Source: Catajapyx aquilonaris
Lineage: Eukaryota
DNA: 64,000 bases
Assembly (NCBI GenBank): GCA_000934665.2
Contig: KZ538047.1
Coordinates: forward strand, 1 to 64,000
Direction of reading: 5' to 3'
Under the pieces are notes generated by a model, which was not told the origin of the DNA, searched no databases, and saw only the letters and a program-made list of their open reading frames with translations. The position numbers were made by a program, and so were the translations under genes. Shown here piece by piece: positions 35,901 to 45,546 of the stretch (within the stretch, counting starts at the first letter, position 1; each line of letters begins with the position of its first letter).

Positions 35901-38304
35901 TTGACACATAATCGGAGAATAATTTAGGAACTGCCACCTGCATCAATATTTTACTGTAACAAATTATGACTGATAGGGGAGCACATTTTGCACTGTAGGT
36001 TAAATGAAATATTTAGTGTTTAGTTTACAATGGTCATATTAATGCACTTTAAGTAAAGAGTGCACAATGCCCCAAATCGCATTTGACATGATTGCTGTAG
36101 TTATAAAATTCCTTATCTGTCATCATAAAAAGGGCAATTTTATGACCATTTCTTGTAGTACAGAATCTTCTTACACACTTCAACTGCCGGATAAATCAAT
36201 TTATTGACCGATGTCAATACTACGCGAACGACTTTCCTACCACTTGAAGCCATGTCAGTTTTGTTCCAGTACCGATGTAATACACGGGGCCTTACAAAGG
36301 AAAATTCAATCAAGCTCGGCCTACGAAGAACAAACGTCCCAATTTAATTTGGGAAACGGGTTCTCGCTAGATACGTGTGAACTGCAAGCGTCTTAAATGG
36401 CCTCCAGTTTAACTTAGATTGCTTTTAATAATCGTGCATCAAGAAAGACCTTCACCCATTATTATGTGCAATTATACTGAACATACAGTATTACTTCACA
36501 GCATGATACTGCAAGTAATTCTGTGCATAAGGAATAATCATGGAGAATAATGCTTAAATTCAAAGTCTTCCGACTAATTATTACATGAAAGCAAGCAATT
36601 AGTAGAAATAATTAGCTTCAAAAGCCAACAGTTTATCAGACAATCTAACTTTTACCAACGAATCATAACTTCCGCTTCCGTTGCAAATAAAGCATTAAAC
36701 CGTCTGCTAAAGTGTAACAATTATTTAGCAGGTTTAATGCTTTATTTCCCCTCAGCAGTAAACGAACTAATATTTGCGATATAGTTATGAAACTTATTAA
36801 AACAAGGAAACCATTTCTACAAAATATCACAAGAAGTGTGCAGCAGCAGCGTCAGTTTAAAATCAAAGCCGACGCAAAAAATAATCAGAAACCAAACATG
36901 GCAGGTCACTGTATTGATTTCATAATAACCCGTTTATTATTGGCTTCAAAAATGCACGCAAAATACCGCATAGTACCTCATAATTATGCTGCTAAATGGA
37001 ACACTTTACATGCCAAATGGAATCAAAATTAGCTTATCCTGCATACTTTTAAATAATGCAAATATGCCAGTCAGCTATTCACAACGAGTAATATTCATAT
37101 CCCTTCACAGACTGACATGAGCAGTACATTAAGTAGAAGTTGTGCAATTTTATTTAGCATTAGCTTCAGATCAAGGCTTACATGCTTACAGTGCACGTTG
37201 AAAAGAAGATCAGCAATTTATCTGTCACTTAAGGGATTTGTATGTAATTCCTAAGCTACATGTTATTATCAAAATATCATCTCAGCAGCGGAATGACCTT
37301 TCTTGAAAGACTGATACCACACTCGTGCACTGTATAAAGTATCATTACCCTGGCCCAACAATGACTGCATGGTCCTTTCATTACCACAACAATATATTCA
37401 TAAACCTGTCACAGGCCACTAGCTCTGGTACACCCCCCATTATAATTTTATCAGCATCCTTGAATACCCGCACTAACACCCCCAACTATGATATGCCCGA
37501 CATGCGAGGCATAATTACAAACCCGATATTCCTCATCACCATAGTTCTGTGTCTACAAAAAGCCTCCTAATTCATTTTCATTTTCTCACATGACGCCGGA
37601 GTTAATGCAATGCGAACTTCACAAATGGCTGCTGAAACGACGCATTATAGTACGTTATATGAGTGGATTTATACTAGCGTCATATAATGCTGCAAACCCC
37701 AATTTTTTTATTCTCCCAGGCACATCATCAGCAAAAAATGCGATTCAGACTGATGCAGAATATGTTGGAATGAGCTGGAAAAAAACAACAAATCTTTTAC
37801 AGTGTGACAGTCTGAACCGGACTTTTTGACAATTCAATTTTTTACATCATTTTTCCTTGTGACAATAAGAGTGCGTACAGTACACAAGTTTCAATCCCAA
37901 AGAAGCACCAGACGGATGATGTTCATCTCTCTAACAGAAGTATAGGCATTAAAAAAAAAAGAAGCCAAGAGACAGGACGCAGAAAACTTTTCCGCCCAAA
38001 CTTTTTTACCACTCCCCGAAAATCCCATTCTTAATCGCACCAGAAACTTTGCAGATAATTTTGCAGACGTTACTATACGAGAAGCCCCTAAAGGCACCCA
38101 AAAAGTTCCAAGTGGTAACGTATCGCTACAAAAAAAAAAAATCTCTCGAAGTCCCTGAGAGATTTTCCATTGGCAATTTAACACCATCCATCGACCTTTT
38201 TGCACATCACACATAAAAAAAAGAAGCGACTTACCTTGCGATTGAACGACAGTTGCTCCAAATATTCCCGCTGCTATCAGCAACGTTACACCTCGGAACG
38301 TCAT
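5474..38304 (-). CDS. Alkaline phosphatase, membrane-bound (GPI-anchored), about 550 aa, 8 coding exons (whole-gene span)
   Basis: Exons 38304-38235, 31266-31046, 29433-29259, 18747-18569, 13922-13715, 10430-10290, 9475-9281, 5937-5474 join in frame (1653 nt). Catalytic and metal motifs present: [57 protein letters not shown]. Exon 1 assignment is inferred. Confidence 0.95.
8603..8673. mobile_element. Very short Tc1/mariner-type MITE remnant
   Basis: TA-CAGGGTGGTGCA ... TGGACCACCCTG-CA: 12-bp TIRs with one mismatch; TA on the left, CA on the right. Confidence 0.45.
9281..9475 (-). CDS. Alkaline phosphatase exon 7
   Basis: [19 protein letters not shown]...[14 protein letters not shown]...PRGNPIL; CAG acceptor, GTAGAT donor. 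Confidence 0.96.
10290..10430 (-). CDS. Alkaline phosphatase exon 6
   Basis: [52 protein letters not shown] acceptor, GTAAG donor; not in the ORF track. Confidence 0.94.
12390..12409. repeat. (TG)n microsatellite
   Basis: About ten TG units following a T run. Confidence 0.85.
13715..13922 (-). CDS. Alkaline phosphatase exon 5
   Basis: [19 protein letters not shown]...[13 protein letters not shown]...YVWNKGQF...DYLL; CAG acceptor, GTAAG donor. Confidence 0.95.
17622..17815. mobile_element. AT-rich foldback / MITE-like inverted repeat
   Basis: Perfect 25-bp inner arms AATACTAAAATGGCAAAATATTGTA (17675-17699) and reverse complement (17735-17759); imperfect outer arms from CTGACATTTA to TAAATGTCAG. 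Confidence 0.65.
18569..18747 (-). CDS. Alkaline phosphatase exon 4
   Basis: [31 protein letters not shown]...[21 protein letters not shown] acceptor, GTAAG donor. Confidence 0.96.
18811..19231. mobile_element. Non-autonomous TIR element with internal TATCGATA-rich tandem array
   Basis: Left end GGAAGACACCCATGAACATCGA matches the reverse complement of the right end GGAAGGCACCCAGGAATATCGA; interior is a 68-70 bp higher-order repeat of three ATCGAT-centred subunits. No TSD seen. Confidence 0.7.
24066..24221. mobile_element. piggyBac-type MITE (156 bp)
   Basis: TTAA|CCCTGTAATGCC ... GGCATTACAGGG|TTAA: TTAA target duplication, CCC...GGG ends, perfect subterminal inverted repeat TGGGTCATATCTGGCACACCATTTAGTGCAATTT. 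Confidence 0.85.
29259..29433 (-). CDS. Alkaline phosphatase exon 3 (catalytic Ser)
   Basis: [33 protein letters not shown]...[17 protein letters not shown] acceptor, GTACTG donor. Confidence 0.96.
31046..31266 (-). CDS. Alkaline phosphatase exon 2
   Basis: [15 protein letters not shown]...[26 protein letters not shown]...[14 protein letters not shown]-rich CACAG acceptor, GTAAG donor. Confidence 0.96.
36685..36747. repeat. Inverted repeat / hairpin in ALP intron 1
   Basis: AAATAAAGCATTAAACCGTCTGCTAAA, 12-nt loop, TTTAGCAGGTTTAATGCTTTATTT; 24-bp stem with a 3-nt bulge. Confidence 0.7.
38235..38304 (-). CDS. Signal-peptide exon, probable alkaline phosphatase exon 1
   Basis: [23 protein letters not shown] + G, then GTAAG; phase 1 matches exon 2 and gives ...QSQDRDHWY. 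TATAAA on the minus strand at about 38643-38648. Confidence 0.7.
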
Positions 38305-41300
38305 CACAAACGAATCTTATTTTCCTCCTATTTTGTCAGATATCTGAAGCTGAATCCGCTGAAGCCATTCCCCCCAACTTCTTGTGTGTGTGATGGTTTG
38401 AAAGCTCAAATATCTCACACCCGACACTCTCACCACACAAAATCACACCATTTTCCAAAGAGTCACAACGAATTCCTTTCACCTAACCTGAATAAACGTT
38501 AGCAGCACCGATTGACGCATTTTTCATCACTATTTTTTTTAAAACGGTTGTAATCACTTTTTTTTTCTTTCCTAAATTTCCACGCAGTTTCTTGTCCAAG
38601 ATCCGGTCCTCGTCTGGCTTGAAACCGGAGCCAGCTTTACGGTTTATAGAGGATCCGTTGTGAAGCTGCGCACGCGTTATATGAAGGACCCAATAAACGT
38701 GATGCCAAGCCCCGGTTTGATTTCTTGTCAGCGCACATTTATCAATTCGGTTCATTACTGGGGCTGTATTAAATGGCGTGAGTTGAATATTTTTATCCAG
38801 TAACTAACCTTTTTTTTGTAACGTACAGAAGCAATGCTGTGCTTGGAGGGCATTGCCATTATACCAAGAGAAGTAATTTTGCTGGGGGAAGTGAGTAATG
38901 TAGTGCACCACATCTCCTTCCCATTATAATGAGGAAAGTGTGAAACTGCATAAAAGAGTAAATTGAGAAAAGGGCGGCTTTCGCTTGAGGTAAAGTTCGG
39001 GTCACAGGTTTGGCCCTTTTTCCCCCCTTTTGCTTTCCAGGGGAAGTTCGACTTGATTTATTGAGTGTTCCCACACTTTGCTCTTACCTCCGCCCTTTAT
39101 CAAGAATCAGGTTTCAGATTTAAACTTGGTTGTAATAATTAATGATGTACAGTTACATTTGTGTAAGAGATTAGCAACTGATGTAATATTAAACTGCAAT
39201 CCTTTTAAGTGGCTGGTGCTTCTCTTTAAACTGCTAGGCTAGGGCAGAATTGGGGGGAAAAAAGATGTTCCTGATCCTCTATGAACCAAATGTTAATGGC
39301 CGTCGTAATGATAATGTTATTTTACTGACCTATAGCAACATTCGGTATTAATATTTTTGAGACCCGGACGAATACTGGCTGCAATAATAGTGGGCGAATA
39401 CCACGGCATAATGAAGCGTTAAAACAATTATATCATCTTGGAGCTGCCCGGAATTAATTGGCAATAAGGTAATTAGCTGTTAGATACGCTTGGGTTGGTG
39501 GATAAAATGCCTTTTTGTCGTGGCACAAGTACGTGAATTCAGTGTAACTTACATGAAAAATGAAGCAGCTTTCGATATAAAAAAAGAGACAATTAATTAT
39601 TACACACTATACCTGGGCACATACCTACAATATTCATTATTGTGCCAATAATTAAGCCTATATTTGGAAAATAGTATGCAAAATATTTATGAAACATAAT
39701 TGCTATACTTTCTGTGTAATCCAGGGATACATACCTGGTTCCAATCTCATTATGAACAGGCTACAATTGTATGGCTAAATCGCATCAATTCCATTTCTAT
39801 GGGTTGGCCACTGCCACATTGGGTTGATTGCTCTTGCAGTCTGGTATAGTGTATATTAAACACGTATTGGCTTATTGCAAGGGTAATGAGCACCATAAAA
39901 ACTTAAACTGCGTCGTTCATTTTTAATTAAGGGGGGTAGTAATGAGCTGGAGGCATTCTCATTATTTTCCAAGTCAATATATCGTCCTGTAGCCCGAGAT
40001 GTGCCCTCTAGGTCTGTGCAGCGCATGGGAGCTACCGAATGTACTTGTATATAGTGGACCAACATTGCCTGTTGTTACATATGCATGGAGAGCTCTGCAC
40101 CTGTTCTGCTGGGCACGTGCCCAAATTGCACTGAAAAATATATATTTGACACATTGACATGTTAGCATGTGTGGGGTAGTCTATAATAGAAATAGTTGTA
40201 AGCTCTTGTTATTAAATGAAAAGTACAAGTACCAAATGTGTCTCACAAGTCAGTAGGAAAAAGCACAAGCATATGTCAGTTCCCTACATGTCGAATCCGA
40301 AACTCTAAAAGCCTTCGTATGGATATTTAAATTACTACAACATTATTAGCTAACTTTATTGGTAGTGAGTAGCTAATTACTCACAGTAATGGTGGTCAAC
40401 TAAATAATGGCATGTTGCATGTGTGTAGATGACCTGTCAACTGCACAAATGCTGATGATTGCCAGTGGAAATTTGTCACACATTTGGAGCAAATTAATGT
40501 AGGCGTTTCGATGAAAAATTGCGTGGTGAGGGGATTGACCACTTGCCGAACTTATTGATGACTGAATTCTAACAAACTTGTCTGATGATCAATTATGACC
40601 TACTCTGAAAAATTAGCTAGGCAAATTACAGAAAGTGATTTTTTAATGGTGTTTATGGTTACAAAGTTGTAACTGCATTGGCAAAAAAAAAAATGCATAA
40701 TGCAACAAAATGTCATGGACATATAAAATTTATTTCCATATGCTGGTTTGCCATTAAAAGTACAACTTCCACCAGTTTTTATGTTTCATTCTCATCAAAA
40801 ATAACACTCTGAATTTCATGCAACTGGCACCAAAACAGTACAGTATCACAAAATACAAGGTGGACATTTGCATGTTGCCTATATGAAATCATCAAATGAC
40901 AGGGATCAGAACTGCTGTGAAGAACTCTCACTCAGTTAGTTGCAGATATGATATGTCAGTGTTACGTGACATTCAGTGGCACAAATATGATAAAAATACA
41001 GTCCAGTTCAATGACATAATTTTGAACTGTTTCACTGGGATTATTACACTGAAAGAGTTTTTCATTTACATTTTTGATGTATGACTTTCAAAAGGATACC
41101 CAGCACCAAACCCAATTCGTTTGACAACAAAATCGTCATTGCTCTAGTAGTCTAGTGCCTTTAAAATACGAGAACCGCCTTTAAAATACGTAGAACCAAT
41201 TTGTGACTGACATCATGATAGTGGTTGTTTCTCTAGAAACTAGGAGTAGTGTGCCTTGACTTGCACATGTGAGTGTCCAACAATTAGCTATGAATGTCCC

Positions 41301-41516
41301 TGATGTAATTTGCATAACTGGGTGAAAATTTGTATATAATAATAATAATAATTTTCATGACATACATTTTTTTCTTGGCACATGTGCATTGTGTTGTTTA
41401 GTGCTCTGAACTTGCATTCACCAAACACATATCGTGTGATTATATTGAGCCACATGGACAGTGGCGTTGCATCTAGTTCAATACGAATCGGAAAGGTGCC
41501 CCTTCTGCAACACGTT

Positions 41517-41570
41517 ACATATTGAGGGTGAGAGATCAGACGCCTTTCTGATCTCTCACCCTCGATATGT
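41517..41570. repeat. Near-perfect 24-bp hairpin
   Basis: ACATATTGAGGGTGAGAGATCAGA-CGCCTT-TCTGATCTCTCACCCTCGATATGT; one T:G position, 6-nt loop. Confidence 0.85.
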
Positions 41571-42215
41571 GGCCTCTGAAAGCAGTGGAGACCCCCTTAC
41601 CCCTTCTGCCAATCACCACACTTTGAACACCAGTAAGGTGGGACATTTTCTAGTAGAGTGATACCATGAGTATTCCTCTTGAACCCGAAAAATGCACAGG
41701 TAAAGGGATGCATGCAGGAGCATCAAACAGACAGGATGAGCAGGTAAAGGGTGGCTCAACCGAGTGTGGCTTACTGGCTTCGCAGCTCAGTTGGTGCGAA
41801 TTTTCACAGGTTATATGCCAGAGATGCAGCTTCGTAACCTGCCTCCAACTGGAGTCATGTAACGTGGCTCTAGATTGATCGGTGGATTATAATGTAGGTA
41901 ACAAAAGTTTTTGAAATGCCAAAATCAGTGAACCTTTCAATGGGACATTATTGGAATGTTCATCTGGACAATTTTAATAATTGAATATGAAAAAACATAA
42001 TTTGCTACATTATTTATGCTATATATCACGCTTTTTGGGAATGTAACACTAATATATCACAAAGATTCCCTTTTACCCTCTTGTATGGGACATACCTCAT
42101 TTTTGAGGACATCCGCAGTAGTAAACCAAGATCCACATCAGGCCACAGCTGCCCATTCACACACATCAGTGTAAAATCCTTCGCTAGTGTTAACATTGCG
42201 TAACAACAACTTTGT

Positions 42216-44056
42216 TCACAAAACATTACACCACCACCTTTTGGGTTTATCATCACTCTCTGCGGCTTCACTCTGCTCACTTTCACTTTCTGATGATTGA
42301 TCAATTTTATCCCTCACTTCCAAGTCCGTTTCACTCCCTTGTCTTGCCAGTTGCGGAAAATGTGTTGCATGAACAACCTCAGCATCGGTCCTGATGCTGG
42401 AACGCATGTGTTATTAAGGCAAACTATTGTTAACTAATTTCATTTATATGATAGACATAATATAAGTATGAACTAAAACTTCCATTTTAGTGATTTTTTA
42501 CTTCTGTCATTACATTAATCAAATATTATATTGATAAACTACCTTTCATCTTGTCCCATCAAATTCCAAATTTTGAGCTTCTCTCCACCAGTAGCAATCA
42601 ACAACTTGGCTCCAATTTGCACAGCAGCTGCATGAAGTATCCTTCCTGCATTCTCAGAGACCAGAGAACAAAGGTATATGCCAGTGGTCAGCTCTCTAAC
42701 TGCATGCAAAAAATTTGTGTAAATGTACAGTTAGGAAATGCTTATGGCTTACATAGTGACCATACAACATACTGTTTATAGACCCACAACTAGTGGCTGC
42801 GATCAGATAATTCCCCACTGTGCAAAGGGACTCGGTGACACCATCATCTTCCACGTAGTTTGGAATTGTAAAAGAATTCCCATTACCTGAAACAAATATC
42901 TTATTAATTAAAGGCCAATCGTTCAGTCTTTTTGGCCTACCTTCACTCCAAGTTAAAACTCGAATGTTAACTTTTCTATCTCCAACATACAGCTTCTTAT
43001 CGTTCATAACAAATGAAACTATAGGGCCAAACCCAAAATGCTTCTTTGACGTTGGCTTCATCTGCTTGCTACTAAATATGAGGTCGAGACTGCTACTTAG
43101 TTTCCACATCTTCAGTACTCCACTTTCAGAACCAGTGTAAATGCTCTTGTCAAATATCTGCAATGATTACGGACCGTTAGCATTTCAGAAATGAACAGTC
43201 AACAATGATGCGCTAAGCATCACTAACATTGCAACATGTGAACCTCACCTTAAGCGAAGTGACAGCTTCTTTGTATGCAAATTCAGAGCATATTTGTTTG
43301 CTTGTAATTAAACTAAAAACCTCCACCTTCCCTCCCTCGGTTCCAGTGAGAATGAGATTCGACTCCGCCAAATAATCCATGCAGGTGATGCCATTGAACG
43401 TGTAAATCGACTTGATCTCTTTCCCTGTCAAAAAAAACGTGTAATTAGTATTGAATTGTTAGTCTCTAAATACCCACATTACCTTGCAGGACACACCAAA
43501 CTTTAACATGACAGTCAAGCGATGCAGTTACGGCAACCTTAGTAGTTTTGAAGTCCAGTGCGGTGGAAACTGCTTCAGATTCGGCTGGAGAAAGCAGCAC
43601 CAGAGCCGTGACCACATCCCCATGTCCTCTGAGGCTGCACAGCTCTTGAAGCGACTCGACATCCCATACCTTCACAGTCGTATCTTCACTGAAAGGTACG
43701 CTATTAGCTACTCTATTGGTTCATAACTTACTAAAAATCACCTTGCCGAGAGGACAACATCCTTGTCCAGGGCCACACACTGAATCATTCCCTCGTGCCC
43801 ACGAAGGTCATGCACGCCGAACCTTGCGCTGCCCCAGTTGGTCCCCCGAGCCCTCTCTTCACCCTCTCTCACGTTTGCGGTCGAACCAGGCGGCGTCATC
43901 CTTGTCTTCTTCGTCTCATCTGTATGCATCTCATTCTGTGCATTGTCCATTTCCCTGCAAAATTGAACATGTACAGTACTTGCAATATTGTTTGGCAAAA
44001 ATTGGTAACATATGTCTGGCAGATACTCACTCTTGAGTGCTGTTGCTTCGTTTCAT
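42216..44056 (-). CDS. WD40-repeat protein, about 427 aa, with acidic tail and C-terminal CaaX box
   Basis: Exons 44056-44031, 43954-43742, 43688-43483, 43424-43249, 43157-42941, 42886-42773, 42699-42543, 42390-42216 join in frame (1284 nt, all GT-AG). WD repeats LRGHEGMIQCVAL...SASEDTTVKVWD, LRGHGDVVTAL...TASLDCHVKVWC, TGTEGGKVEVFS, TGSESGVLKMWK, TGGEKLKIWN. Ends ...AAESDDKPKRWWCNVL*. Confidence 0.9.
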
Positions 44057-44196
44057 GCTCTACCACTGAGGGTTATCCCTTGCAACATCCAGCCAACTTC
44101 CTCACATCATGTCCTTGGTTGTGCAGCTTACGAAAATGTGCAAAAACATTTTGCAAAAAAAAAAGTGTGATACTACCGATTGGCAAATTGAATGCG

Positions 44197-44241
44197 AGCG
44201 CCATCTGTGGAGTAGTTTTACGGATGGCTCATAGATGGCGG
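44197..44241. promoter_or_regulatory. Pair of oppositely oriented AGATGGCG (CTCF-core-like) motifs just upstream of the WD40 gene
   Basis: AGCGCCATCTGTGG (44197-44210) and TAGATGGCGG (44232-44241) both fit the YAGRKGGCRS half of the CTCF consensus; 140-185 bp upstream of the ATG. Confidence 0.45.
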
Positions 44242-45180
44242 TGATGTCCGCGAATACGGTACCGTACAGCTTTGAGCTCTATTATTATTATTTTTAAGTT
44301 TATTATAAGTACGAATTGATTAATTGACTGACAGGTACGCACATTTGCACGACAACTCTGTGAAATATTGCTAAATTTTCATGTTCAGATTTGGTAAGTA
44401 AAGTTCAATGAGTGTCTGCTGTTATAGCAATGTACATAACTCGGTTGCTGTGTCATTAACAATATGTACCACAGTAATATAAACATGAAGATTAGGCTAA
44501 ACATCTGGGGAAAAGCCTCGAAATGACTGTTGAAAAGTTTGCAGTGTGCGAATCTTTTATTTGCCATTTTTTTTAAAAAAATTCTCCACAGACTGACACA
44601 TCACGAGCATGATTAATACGCAGTAACGTTGCTGTCTTGACTGAATAATTCCAACCCTCGAATTTTCCTATTTGCTCCTGGGTTATTATTGGTCCGGGAA
44701 CCCGTAGAGCACGTAGGCCCATAAACAATATGGTCAGGCCAATATGGCGTTTTCAAACTTCACCGCCGCCGCCCGCCGGTTCGTCCTCCGGGGTCATTAT
44801 TATGGAGGGGGAGAAAAGGGGGGTGAAAACTTCCCCACGATGAAAATTAGAAATTCGGCACCGTAAAGTTTTTAACTGGAATATGTGCCACCCAAGTTTA
44901 TTATAATTAAGCTCCGGTTATAATTCCCTGGGGTCAAATAAGAGCAGACGCTGATAGTGCCAGCTCAAATTTGGCTCGTTTTATTTCGGATTTTTTTTAA
45001 AGCATAAAATACTACTGTACTTTGATAGAGCCATAATGTAATGTATAGTGTACTATAACACGCAAAAAGATTGCCTCACTGTATACATGTAGTGTCCGCG
45101 ACTGGCAACGCTGGCCGCGCTGGCAACTGGATACAGTGCGGCAATCTTTTTGCGTGTTATAGTACAACCATAGGGTACAA

Positions 45181-45546
45181 CCAGGGAGCATATACTACAT
45201 AAGAGGCGCAAACGTCTGTCGGCGCCTTTGATGTCCGCGTCTCTCTGTTTGGGGCCGTTGCCAAGGCTGGCGGGCATTTTGAAGTGTGGGCAACGCCAAC
45301 GTGAGGTATAAATATGGTACAGTCAAAAATAGGGTCCGCCATCTTTGATGGTTTTGGCGGCCATGGCAACTACACGGCAAGAACATGCGCGAATCAAAGA
45401 TGGCGGACCCTATTTTTGACTGTACCCTATTTATACCTCGTTGGCGTTGCCCACACTTCAAAATGGCCGCCAGCCTTGGCAACCCCCCAAACAGAGAGAC
45501 GCGGAAATCGAATGTTTGCGCCTCTTATGTAGTATATGCTCCCTGG
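45181..45546. mobile_element. Long-TIR foldback MITE (about 366 bp), possibly Mutator-like
   Basis: Arms of about 155-170 bp starting CCAGGGAGCATATACTACATAAGAGGCGCAAAC and ending in its exact reverse complement; unique spacer of about 43 bp; possible degenerate 9-bp TSD GGTACAACC / GGCACAGCT. Confidence 0.88.

Noticed and set aside
41157..41198. 20-bp tandem duplication GCCTTTAAAATACG(T)AGAACC
   Set aside because: Ordinary local duplication with no further structure.
45053..45532. Overlapping ORFs sharing VQSKIGSAIFD
   Set aside because: Artefact of the palindromic MITE arms.
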